This document shows, piece by piece, positions 44,861 to 54,600 of a DNA stretch of 64,000 nt. Under the pieces are notes generated by a model. It was not told the DNA's origin. It worked only from the letters and a program-made list of their open reading frames with translations, and made no database searches. The DNA is from a virus (lineage: Duplodnaviria; Caudoviricetes), in the IMG/VR virus record IMGVR_UViG_3300015245_000006, positions 648-64,647 of that record; one strand, given 5' to 3'. Made by a program: the position numbers and the translations under genes. Position 1 is the stretch's first letter, and the number at the start of each line of letters is the position of its first letter.

Positions 44861-45775
44861 ATGGTCGCCATGACCTATGACACGCTCATCGCCCCGAAAG
44901 GGACGGTGGGCTCTATTCTCAATTGGGTCGGCTACTCGAAGATCGATGTCGTCACCGTGCTCGACGAGGCGCAGTTCCTCTTGTGGGACCTCGGCTTGCG
45001 CGTGCGCGAGATGCGCAGCGAGTTCGTATTCGGCATGATCGCAGGCCAATGCGCTGTTGCTCTCCCGCCGCGCTTTCTCGATCCGATCGGCAAAATATAC
45101 GACGTCACCAACGTCACCGATTACGATCAGGTCATCTCGACCAACCTGTTGGCCGCGCGCGCCTATGAGGGCTCGATCAGCGGCACCTTCGGCACCAACC
45201 CGTTCACCACGACGAGCGGCTCCTCGCTGGTGAAGGTCGGCCAGACCAACCAACCATTCAACCAGGATTCGACCATCACGATTGCTGCTGTTGCGGCGCC
45301 GCTCAATGGTCTCGTGCTCAACGGCACCTTTCCGGTTGTCTCCATCACCGACACCAACGACTTCGTCATCGATGCCGGCGACGTCAATGGCGGAGCGGTC
45401 GCCAGCGCCACAAGCACCGGCGGGGGCGCCAGTGTCACCTTCACCGGCAACAACCTCGTTGCCGGTTCGCCCTCGCGCTGGGCAGTCTGGAACGAAAGTA
45501 TCAAGTTCGATACCGCGCTTCAAATCCCGGCTGCGATGAAGCTGTTGTATTTCCGCCAGCCGCTTTTGCTCTCGACCGCGATCCAGACCAACTTCCTGAC
45601 GAACCGATATCCGCGCCTGCTGCGGCAAGCCTGTTTGGCGGCTGCTGCCGACTTCATGAAGGACTCGACCGAGTATCAGAAAGCGATCACCGCCCTGTCG
45701 TCGCTGATCCAATCAACCGCGGTCCAGGATGACTTCTCTTATCGCGGCGCGACTATCGGAACGGACACCCCATAA
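44861..45775 (+). CDS. head-to-tail adaptor with inserted beta domain
   Basis: MTYDTL...LRVREM...LPPRFL...TNFLTNRYPRLL. Confidence 0.75.
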   Translation: MVAMTYDTLIAPKGTVGSILNWVGYSKIDVVTVLDEAQFLLWDLGLRVREMRSEFVFGMIAGQCAVALPPRFLDPIGKIYDVTNVTDYDQVISTNLLAARAYEGSISGTFGTNPFTTTSGSSLVKVGQTNQPFNQDSTITIAAVAAPLNGLVLNGTFPVVSITDTNDFVIDAGDVNGGAVASATSTGGGASVTFTGNNLVAGSPSRWAVWNESIKFDTALQIPAAMKLLYFRQPLLLSTAIQTNFLTNRYPRLLRQACLAAAADFMKDSTEYQKAITALSSLIQSTAVQDDFSYRGATIGTDTP

Positions 45776-46810
45776 ATGTCAGCAGATCTGTTCGACAACA
45801 TTCTTGGTTTGATCCAGCAGGCCACGGGCAACAACAACAATTCGTGGGGCACCACCTTCAACACGTCGTTCGCGGCTCTCGCCTCGCGCGCGATTGCCGG
45901 CGCCAACTTCCATACCGATACGGGTGGCACGCTCGATTTGTCCGGCACCGTTCCGCCGGCTGGTCCGCGTCTCGACATGGACCACATCCAGGTCTTCAAC
46001 GGCGCGCTCGTGAGCGACCTCACAGTCATTGTGCCGAATGTCGCAAAAACGTGGTGGTTCGTTAATCTGACCACTGGCGCCTTCAATCTCTTCGTCAAGA
46101 CGCCGGGCTCGACGGTCGTACCCGGCCTCCAGCAGCTACCACAGGGCCTTGGCGTGAGGGTTGCCTGCCTTGGCGCCAATTTTCTCCTTCGCGATGATGA
46201 TGCCAATATCGGCGCGTTTCGTATCTCGGGAAAGACCGCGGCCGGTGCTGGCGAACTGGCCTGTGATGGATCTTCCAAGCTTCGCACGGCCTACCCGAAC
46301 CTGTTCGCCAAGATCGGCACGACTTGGGGTTCGGTCGACGGCACTCACTTCACATTGCCGCTCCTGACAGATACCGGCCGCTATCTCCGCTCCAGTTCTG
46401 GTTCGCTCACGGTTGGCACCTATCAAGCCAACCAGAACCTATCGCATACCCACACGATCAGCGGTGCTCCTGGTGTGGGGTCGCTCGGCACGGATAGCCA
46501 GGGCAACCACAGCCACACGATCAACGTCAGTGATCCATCGCACACGCACGGTGTGTCGGGTACTTTGGCATCGGCGGCGGCGGTGTCCGGCAACAACAAC
46601 GGCGGCGGTGGCGGCTCGTTCGGTGTCATCCAAGGCGCCATGAACATCAATAACGCGTTCACCGGAATCACGGCATCGTCGGTCGCGACCGGCGCGCATA
46701 CCCACAATATCACCGGCGCTCCGACGGTCGGTTCGCTTGCAAACGGCTCCAGCGGAGGTACCGAAGCCCGGCCCGAATCTGCCGTCGCGCTCATCTGCAT
46801 CGTGTACTGA
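45776..46810 (+). CDS. tail fibre protein with collar domain
   Basis: LACDGS..RTAYPNLFAKIGTTWG..F.LP; HTH/HSH repeats; EARP. Confidence 0.85.
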   Translation: MSADLFDNILGLIQQATGNNNNSWGTTFNTSFAALASRAIAGANFHTDTGGTLDLSGTVPPAGPRLDMDHIQVFNGALVSDLTVIVPNVAKTWWFVNLTTGAFNLFVKTPGSTVVPGLQQLPQGLGVRVACLGANFLLRDDDANIGAFRISGKTAAGAGELACDGSSKLRTAYPNLFAKIGTTWGSVDGTHFTLPLLTDTGRYLRSSSGSLTVGTYQANQNLSHTHTISGAPGVGSLGTDSQGNHSHTINVSDPSHTHGVSGTLASAAAVSGNNNGGGGGSFGVIQGAMNINNAFTGITASSVATGAHTHNITGAPTVGSLANGSSGGTEARPESAVALICIVY

Positions 46811-48606
46811 TGGCCGATCTCGACGAAGTCCCGATCTCGGCGCCGCCTGGCGTCATCAAGACGGACTCGCAGCGGGTCATCGAAGGCCGCTGGTCGGACA
46901 CGATCAATATGCGGTTTGTCAAGAAGCTTCCGCAGAAAATCGGGGGCTGGATCAAGGCGTTCGTAACCGCAACCCTCGGCACGCCACGCACGCTGCACGC
47001 TTGGCGCGATAGGGCGTTCAATGCCTACGTGGCGGTCGGGACCTATATCAAACTCTATGTCTACGATCCGCTACTTGCTCAAAACGACATCACGCCGTAT
47101 CGCGCGACGGGCACGCTCGGCAACAATCCTCTCACCACGACAGCCGGATCGCCCAACATCTCCGTGCTGCACAACGTTCATGGCTTGAGCGTCGGCGACC
47201 TGATCTATATCGCTGGCGCAACCGCGGTTGGCGGCATCACGCCCAACATCGATGGCACGCCGGTTGTCAGCGTCACCGATGCGAACAACTACATCTATGC
47301 GTTCACCTCACCGGCTGTTTCGAGCGCCACCGGCGGCGGCGCTGCGGTGACGTTCAAGTATGAGATTCCTGTTGGCGTCGAGCTTGGCACCTATGGCTAT
47401 GGTTGGGGCGTCGGCGGCTGGGGCCTTGGAACATGGGGTACGCCACGCTCGGTATCGACGATCTATATTGAGCCGCGGATCTGGTCGCTTGATCACTTTG
47501 GCACGCTGCTTCTCGCCTCCTACAACGGCGGCACGATCTATCAGTTCGATCCGACGCAGAATCAGCCCTGGCCTCGCGCCGTCGTGCTCTCGTCTGATCC
47601 AGGTTTGCCAACCAACGTGCGAGCCATGTTCGTTACACCAGAGCGCTTCATCCTGGCGCTGTGCGACGGCATGCAGGTTTTCTGGTGCTCACAGGGTGAT
47701 CCGTCGACATGGACACCGGCCGTCGGCAACACTGCCAATATCCGCACTTTGACCGAGGGATCGAAACTCGTGGCCGGACGCGTCCTGGCTGATTTCGTGA
47801 GCGCGGTGTGGACGGACGCGGCGCTCTATCGCTTCCAGTACACGGGAGCTTCGTTCATCTACGCCTCGTCGATGGTCGCCAAGGATTGCGGCCTGATCGG
47901 CCCGAACGCCTGTATCACGATCGGCGGCATCGCCTACTGGATGGGCCAGGATACATTCTGGACTTACAACGGCACCGTCACGCCGATGATGAATGTCGAG
48001 GACATCCGCAAGTGGCTGTTCGACCAGATCGATATCAACATGGGATATCAGTGCTGCGCGGTCTTCGTGCCGCGCTTCAACGAAATCTGGTTCTTCGTCA
48101 CAGTCCAGGGCCAGACCAATCCGACGCTTGGCGTCATCTATTCGATCGACCAGCAATGCTGGGCGCCGCTGTATTGGGGCCGCTGCGGTGGTACCCACTT
48201 CACACAGGGCGATACCCGTCCGATCATGGGGGACGGGATTACCAGGCTGCTCTTCCAGCACGAGAACACCAATGATGCCGATGGCGTGGCGCTGCCACTG
48301 AGTATGACTCTGGCGCCCTACGCGTTGAGCAAGGGCGGTCGGTTCTCCTACATCATCGAATATATGGTCGCGGATTTCTTCCAGCAGATCGGCGACATCA
48401 CCCAAACGCTGACGTCCTACGACCGCATGGACGAAGATCCGTTGGAAACCGAAGTTGACAACATCACCGCGACCAATGCCGACACGATCGATTCACGTGT
48501 TTCTGGCCGCTACATTGGTGTCATCTGGTCAGCCTCTTCGGCCGGGTGTTATGTTCGGCTTGGCCTGCCGGTCGCCTTTATCAGAAAATTGGGGCAACGC
48601 AGTTGA
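46810..48606 (+). CDS. tail nozzle / DNA stabilisation protein (P22 gp10-like)
   Basis: PQKIGGW, WSLDHFG, WCSQGDP..W, beta-propeller-like; position. Confidence 0.8.
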   Translation: MADLDEVPISAPPGVIKTDSQRVIEGRWSDTINMRFVKKLPQKIGGWIKAFVTATLGTPRTLHAWRDRAFNAYVAVGTYIKLYVYDPLLAQNDITPYRATGTLGNNPLTTTAGSPNISVLHNVHGLSVGDLIYIAGATAVGGITPNIDGTPVVSVTDANNYIYAFTSPAVSSATGGGAAVTFKYEIPVGVELGTYGYGWGVGGWGLGTWGTPRSVSTIYIEPRIWSLDHFGTLLLASYNGGTIYQFDPTQNQPWPRAVVLSSDPGLPTNVRAMFVTPERFILALCDGMQVFWCSQGDPSTWTPAVGNTANIRTLTEGSKLVAGRVLADFVSAVWTDAALYRFQYTGASFIYASSMVAKDCGLIGPNACITIGGIAYWMGQDTFWTYNGTVTPMMNVEDIRKWLFDQIDINMGYQCCAVFVPRFNEIWFFVTVQGQTNPTLGVIYSIDQQCWAPLYWGRCGGTHFTQGDTRPIMGDGITRLLFQHENTNDADGVALPLSMTLAPYALSKGGRFSYIIEYMVADFFQQIGDITQTLTSYDRMDEDPLETEVDNITATNADTIDSRVSGRYIGVIWSASSAGCYVRLGLPVAFIRKLGQRS

Positions 48607-48848
48607 GAAAACTATTTGCAATGCCGATGCCGGATGTTCCGCTCAACATCCAGAACGTCTTCAACGAGATCTTCCGCGCCAGCCAGGATGGCGCGATCGA
48701 GGACCTCGGATCAGCCTACACCATCACCGGGACCTTCACCGCAACGAGGAACCTCAATGTCACAACGCCGACGGCGGCGAACATCGCCGCAGTCCTCGCC
48801 ACGCTTATCTCTGACCTCCAACGAGGCGGCACCAGTCGCACAACCTGA
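48603..48848 (+). CDS. small tail-associated protein
   Basis: TTGA coupling; IAAVLATLISDLQRGG. Confidence 0.6.
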   Translation: MRKLFAMPMPDVPLNIQNVFNEIFRASQDGAIEDLGSAYTITGTFTATRNLNVTTPTAANIAAVLATLISDLQRGGTSRTT

Positions 48849-49290
48849 TCCGCAAGACGTCGAGATTCGCTATGCGATGACCGACGACGACGTGATCGCG
48901 ATTCACCGCTTCCTGCTGATGGTGGCAAGGCCGGCGATGCGCTGCGAGCCGGATATCGAGCAGAGCCTCTTGGAGATCATCCGTGTGACCAAGTACGAGG
49001 CCGCGCTGATGGCGGTGCTCGACGGCAATATGGTCGGCACCATGGGGATCATGAAGGCATCGTGGTGGTACAACCCGCGTGTCTCTTTTATGACGGACCG
49101 ATGGCACTTCGTGCTGCCGCAATTCTGGCATGGGCCGGTTGACAAAGCGCTGAAAGGCGAGGCGATCGAAATCTCCAGGCTCGCCGGCTTTGAATTTGTC
49201 GACCAGGGCAAAACCCGCGAAGCCAAGGACGGCTCTCTTCTGATGATGCCTCGCATCTATCCTGTTCCAAACCTCCAAAGGAGCGCGTGA
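48757..49290 (+). CDS. GNAT-like acetyltransferase
   Basis: EIRYAMTDDD...MVGTMG...WWYN...FVLPQF; GAGGA RBS at this ATG. Confidence 0.7.
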   Translation: MSQRRRRRTSPQSSPRLSLTSNEAAPVAQPDPQDVEIRYAMTDDDVIAIHRFLLMVARPAMRCEPDIEQSLLEIIRVTKYEAALMAVLDGNMVGTMGIMKASWWYNPRVSFMTDRWHFVLPQFWHGPVDKALKGEAIEISRLAGFEFVDQGKTREAKDGSLLMMPRIYPVPNLQRSA

Positions 49291-49292
49291 CA

Positions 49293-50414
49293 ATGTGCTT
49301 CGGCATGACGACGACCGACCAGAAGACCACCAACTCGACCGCCAATCCGGCGGTCTCGGGTGCCGCCACCTCGAACCTCAACTTCGTGCAAGGGATCCAG
49401 GACAAGGGCTTTACGCCCTACACCGGCCAGCAGGTCGCAGGCTTCGCTCCGCAGCAGCAATCGTCATTCGACATGACGAACAACATTGCCAACAACGGCA
49501 CGGCGCCGGCTGCGCAAAGCATGATCAACAACTATGCGGGCGCACCGGCACAAAGTGTCGGCGCGGAATCGATCGCCTCGAACATGTCGCCCTACATGAA
49601 CCAGTACGTCATGCAGGCGCTCGCCCCGCAGCTTCACCAGCAGGACGTCACGCTGGCGAATAACCGGGCCGCGACGAACGCAACGGCGACCGGCTCCGGA
49701 GCTTTCGGCGATGCGCGCACCGGCATCGAGCAATCCCAGAACAACTTCAACGATGCGATTGCGCGCGAGGGCTTGATCGGCAACGCCTACAATTCGGCGT
49801 TCAATACCGCGATCGGCGCTGGCGCCCAGGATGTCTCGAACAAGCTCACGGCCGGGACCACGAACGCCAACTTGGCCGAGACCGCGCTCAACCGGTCGCT
49901 GGGAGGCGCCACCGCGCTCGAGGGCTTGCAGAACCAGCAGCTCGGGGTGGCTGGGGCTCAAAACACAATGGGCGCGCAACAGACCGCGCAGCAGCAGGCC
50001 GGGCTCACCGCGCAGTACAATCAATGGCTGATGGCGCAGCAATATCCGTTCCAGACTGCCCAGCTCATGAACCAGACCGTCGGCGCGGGCGCGCAGGCAA
50101 TGCCGGCGAGCACCACCTCGACCGAACAGAAGCCGGATAATTCCGGCCTGGCGCTCGCCGGTACCATTGCCGGCGCAGCCCTCTCGGACGAGCGGCTGAA
50201 GGAGAAAAAGAAGAAGGTCGGCAAATTGCGCGACGGCACTGACGTCTGGTCGTTCCACTTCATCGGCGATCCGCGACCGCAGATCGGCCTGATGGCGCAA
50301 GACGTCAAGAAGCGCCGTCCGGATGCGGTACACGAACTGTGGGAAGGTGGCCCCATGGTGGTTGATTATGAGAAAGCCACGGCGCTTTCGCGGGCGATGG
50401 CAGGGAGCATTTAG
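49293..50414 (+). CDS. DNA ejection protein with C-terminal peptidase S74-like domain
   Basis: Q/N/A-rich; YMNQY, SGAFGDAR; SDERLKE...GLMAQDV...VDY. Confidence 0.8.
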   Translation: MCFGMTTTDQKTTNSTANPAVSGAATSNLNFVQGIQDKGFTPYTGQQVAGFAPQQQSSFDMTNNIANNGTAPAAQSMINNYAGAPAQSVGAESIASNMSPYMNQYVMQALAPQLHQQDVTLANNRAATNATATGSGAFGDARTGIEQSQNNFNDAIAREGLIGNAYNSAFNTAIGAGAQDVSNKLTAGTTNANLAETALNRSLGGATALEGLQNQQLGVAGAQNTMGAQQTAQQQAGLTAQYNQWLMAQQYPFQTAQLMNQTVGAGAQAMPASTTSTEQKPDNSGLALAGTIAGAALSDERLKEKKKKVGKLRDGTDVWSFHFIGDPRPQIGLMAQDVKKRRPDAVHELWEGGPMVVDYEKATALSRAMAGSI

Positions 50415-50417
50415 ACC

Positions 50418-51635
50418 ATGGGTCTTCTCGATTGGCTGACGGACAGCCTCGGCGGTCCAATGTCCGGCGGCGGCGCGACGGCGGGCGAATCGATCCCGCA
50501 ACCGATTGCGCCGCCGGGTATGTCCAGCCCGCCGCCGACCCTGCCGGATAGCCGGCCGAACCTGCCACCCATGCCGCCCAACGCTGGGTCTGCCGCTGCC
50601 GACATAACCTCGGCTGGTGCCGGCGGCGCAGGCGCTGGAGCCCCTCCCATCCCGTTGCCGATGCCACGGCCGCAAACCGCGGCAGCGCCTCCTCCGACAC
50701 CTCTCATGCCTCCACCGGGCGCCCCTGGCCCCGGCACTGCGGACGCGGTCGCGTCTTATCAAAGGGCCGGCGGCACGTTTGCTCCTCCGGGCGAACAGGG
50801 AGGCGGTCCCACCGTCCCAAGCGGCAATCTCTCGATCATCGGCCGCGCGCTCGGGCTCGATGCCAACCGCGACAAAGAACTGCGCGGCTCGCTGGCGACC
50901 GGTTTGAAGTCGGTTGGCGATAACTGGAATAAGCCGGGTCTAGCCGCGTTCGCCGGCACCGCCGGATCGGCCATGGGCGGGGGCAACGCTGCGCAGGACA
51001 AGACCATCGAGCAGCAGCAGAAGTATCTGACGCAGGCGATCAGCGCGGCCAAGGTGGGCGATGAGCGCGCGGCAAATCAGGCGTTGACCAAGCTCCGGCT
51101 CGCGCAGGCCGACATGACGCGCCAGGGCAAGGGCGGCAAGGACAGCGTCGTCAACTCCGATCAGCAACTCTATTTGCGCGCGCAAGGCATCACGAACCAG
51201 GACCAGAACCTCAAGATCCTGAAATCGCAATACGACAAGGCCGCGGTTGAGTTCGGATCCAACTCGCCACAGGCCAAAGCCGCCTTGGAGGCACACCAAA
51301 AGGCGTATACCGATACGCTCAACGGCCACTTGACCACGCTCGGGCTTGATCCGAAGAAGGCCGAAAAAATGGGCAAGCAGCCGGGCTTCTCCCAGGACAA
51401 CCCGATCGGCAAGGAAAAGATGAATAGCCAGAAGGCGTTCAACGACTTGCCGCCGGGCTCGTGGTTCACCAATCCAAAGGACGGACGGGTCCTGCAGAAG
51501 CCGCTCGCAGCCGGTGGACAACCCGGTGGACAAGCTGTTCCTAACCAGGGGACAATGCCAGGCCTGCCGCCGCCGGTCCCCCAAACCCAGACGGATACCG
51601 CGCAGCAGCCCGCGACCGCCGATGAACAGGACTGA
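50418..51635 (+). CDS. putative DNA ejection/internal virion protein
   Basis: Pro/Gly-rich; C-terminal LPPGSWFTNPKDG; position. Confidence 0.7.
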   Translation: MGLLDWLTDSLGGPMSGGGATAGESIPQPIAPPGMSSPPPTLPDSRPNLPPMPPNAGSAAADITSAGAGGAGAGAPPIPLPMPRPQTAAAPPPTPLMPPPGAPGPGTADAVASYQRAGGTFAPPGEQGGGPTVPSGNLSIIGRALGLDANRDKELRGSLATGLKSVGDNWNKPGLAAFAGTAGSAMGGGNAAQDKTIEQQQKYLTQAISAAKVGDERAANQALTKLRLAQADMTRQGKGGKDSVVNSDQQLYLRAQGITNQDQNLKILKSQYDKAAVEFGSNSPQAKAALEAHQKAYTDTLNGHLTTLGLDPKKAEKMGKQPGFSQDNPIGKEKMNSQKAFNDLPPGSWFTNPKDGRVLQKPLAAGGQPGGQAVPNQGTMPGLPPPVPQTQTDTAQQPATADEQD

Positions 51636-51637
51636 CC

Positions 51638-54600
51638 GTGGCATTTAGCGATGCCATGATCGGCAGCAACGATTTCGATCCCCAGGCCGCGACCGAGGAT
51701 CTGATCCGCCGCCTATCGGACGAGCCATTGCCGGACACGCTCGATCCGAAAATGCTCAATACCCGGCTGGCGCGCAAGCTCGGCGCCGAGCCGCCGAAAG
51801 AAGTCAAGGCCCCGAAAGCACCGGAGCTTGACTTTTCGGCGCAAGCCATTCCGGCCAGCAATACCGAGCCTGGCAATGTGCTCGATTTCACCTCTCAGGT
51901 ACAACCAACTCCGGTAGCCGCAGCCGCGCCCGGAACGTCGGTTACGGATAAGCTTCAGAGCGTCCACGAGAATATTGATCCCGCGACGGCCGCCAAGGGC
52001 TTCGCGAAGGGTGCCATGCAGGGCACCGGCGGCGTGATGAAGGGCGCCGCGCGCCTTCAGAGCCAGGCGCAACCTTACCTCAATTCCCTCGAGTACGACC
52101 CCATGGGCAACGTCATCGGCCAAAAGCCGGTGCAGCCACCCACTCCAATCGAACAGAACCCGGTTTACCGGGCCGGCAAAGCCGTGGAAGGAGCCGCGCC
52201 AGGCATGACGCCGGCCGAGGAAAGCTCCCTGACCGGCCAAGTCGGCACTATGGCGGGCGGAATTGCGCCTTATGCCGCGGCCACCCTTGTCGGTGGTCCC
52301 GCGCTCGGCATCGCCGCGGGCTTCACCGGCATGGCGGCCGATACCTATGGCAAGGTCTACGAAGAGGCGATCGACAAAGGCGCCGACGAAGCGACCGCAC
52401 AGAAGGCCGCAAGCCGTTCCGCCTTGGTCGCCGGCGCATTGGGTTCGTTGCCGCTCGGAGCGGGTAAGCTCGCCAAAGGGTTGATCGCCAAGGCCGGGAC
52501 CAGCGCGGCAGCATTCGCCGGCCTCGGCGAGGCACAGCATTGGGCGCTGGAGGAAATCGCCAAGAGCTACGATCCGGAACGCGGCTATTCGCTCGAAGCC
52601 AAGCGGCTGATCGCCGAGCTGATCCTCGGCGCCGGCATGGGCGGCCTGCACTATGCCCAGACCGACCACGTCAACATCAACACGTCGAGCGGACCAACGC
52701 CGACGGCAGGATTGCCGCCTCCGGCCGGAGGTAGCCCGCAAGGCGGTGCTGGATATGGTCCGGGAGGACGGCCGAATCCTGGCGCTGGCGCGTGGCCTGG
52801 AGACACAGGTTCATGGTCTCAACCGCCTCCTGGCGGTGGACCGCAGCCGGGACCGGGACCTCAGCCTGGTCCGCAATCGAATGCTGGCGCCGCTGGGGGC
52901 GCGCATCAGCAGCAGGGACCCCAGCCGCCGCCCGGCGGACCTGGCGGCACCCAAAGTGGCCCACGGCCCAATGCAGGCGGTGGCGGCCCGGGATCGCAGC
53001 AGCAGGCCAAACCGCCGCCTGGCGCTGGCGCCGGCAAGGGCCCTGAGTTCACCATGGACGCCCGCATGCGCGCGAAGATGGAGAAGGTGTTCCGGATGTA
53101 CGAGCCGGGCGCCGACGTCTCCGGCATGTCGGATTCCGACCTATTCAACGCCGTCAACGAGCACCTGCGCGACACCTCCAAGACCGGCTACACGGCGAAG
53201 CCGGAGACAGAGCAGGAAGCAGCGGCGCGCGAGGCGACCGCCAAGCGGCGCGATGAGGACGAGATCCTGCGCAAGGCCGGCTGGACCGACGCGCATATCA
53301 ACGCGATGAGCGAGGAGCAGCGCGCGTCCTACATGGCGCGCGCGCAAGGCGCCAAGCCCGAAGCTGCTCAATCGCGGAAAGATCGGACAGATCGGAAAGA
53401 TTCGGAACAGGCGGCCGAGCCAAAAGTCGAAGAGCCAGTGGCCGCGGCCAGTGGTGAAAATCAAAATGCCCCAAAAAACGAGCAGTTAGATATTCACCAG
53501 GGCACGCGCGAGGCGCCGATCGTCCCGAAGACCGCCGACGAGGTGGTCAAGGCACAGGCCGCGGAGCCAACACCAGCCCAGGCCAGCGCCGAGAACTACC
53601 AGCACGCACATGTCGAGCTCCCGCAGTTCGGGCTGACGGGCGACCGCTCGGTGTCGATCGAGACCGGTGTTGGTCAGACCCGCAAGGGCATCGGCGAAGA
53701 TGGGAAGCCCTGGGAAGTCCAGATGCAGGGCGGCGCGTACGGCCGGATCAAGGGCACGAAGGCGGCCGATTTCAAGCACGACGCGGACGGCAACCAGATC
53801 CTTGACAAAGATGGCAATCCGGTCCGTCAGAACCTCGATATCAAGATCGGACCCAATCCGACGAGTCCGTACATCTTCATCGTCGACCAGCACGACCCGA
53901 AGACCGGCAAGTTCGACGAGCACAAGATCCTGGCCGGTTACCGCACGCCGCTCGATGCGCTGCACGGGCATGCGCTCGATTATGGGGATCACGCGGAGGG
54001 CCGAATCGGTCACGTCACCGCGATGGGACCGGAAGAGTTCAAGGCTTGGCTGAAGACGGACACGACAAAGCCGTTGAAGCCGGAGACCGCGCCGCCGACC
54101 TCGATGCGACCTGAAGCCGTCGAGGCCGGCGCGCGTACTCCTCTGACTGAGGCTCCGGGTGAAGGCGCCAATTCCGAAGTCCCGAAGGTCGAACCCAAGG
54201 GCACGGCCAAACCGAAAACAACTACTACGGGTTTAGGTTCCGAGCAGCCGCTCTCGTTGCTGCAATTTATCGCTTCGAAAGGCGGCATTAAGGCACATCC
54301 CGAGTTGGCGGCGATTGGTCTCACCGGTGTCCACAGGATTGTGGTACCGGGCCGGAAGGGCTTTGCAGCCACGGTTTCACCAAAGGGCATGCATCTCGAC
54401 AAGATGCGTGAGGCCGCGCAGGAAGCCGGATACCTGCACGGCGAAGGCGAAAAGACATCGACAATCCGTGACTTGCTGGACGCAATTGATACCGAGCTTC
54501 GGGGCCAGAAGAAGCATGCGGCTGGCGAGGAAGGCACCAAAACTAAGGCTGAAGCCACCCTGGCGGCCGAGCGCGAGGCGCACGAGCAGGAGCGCCATGA

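Noticed and set aside
52653-53309. Other alternate-frame ORFs inside the giant gene (52653-53309, 53667-54053, 58950-59447)
   Set aside because: They have the Arg/Ser/Pro-rich off-frame composition while the host frame looks genuine there, the reverse of N1-N3.
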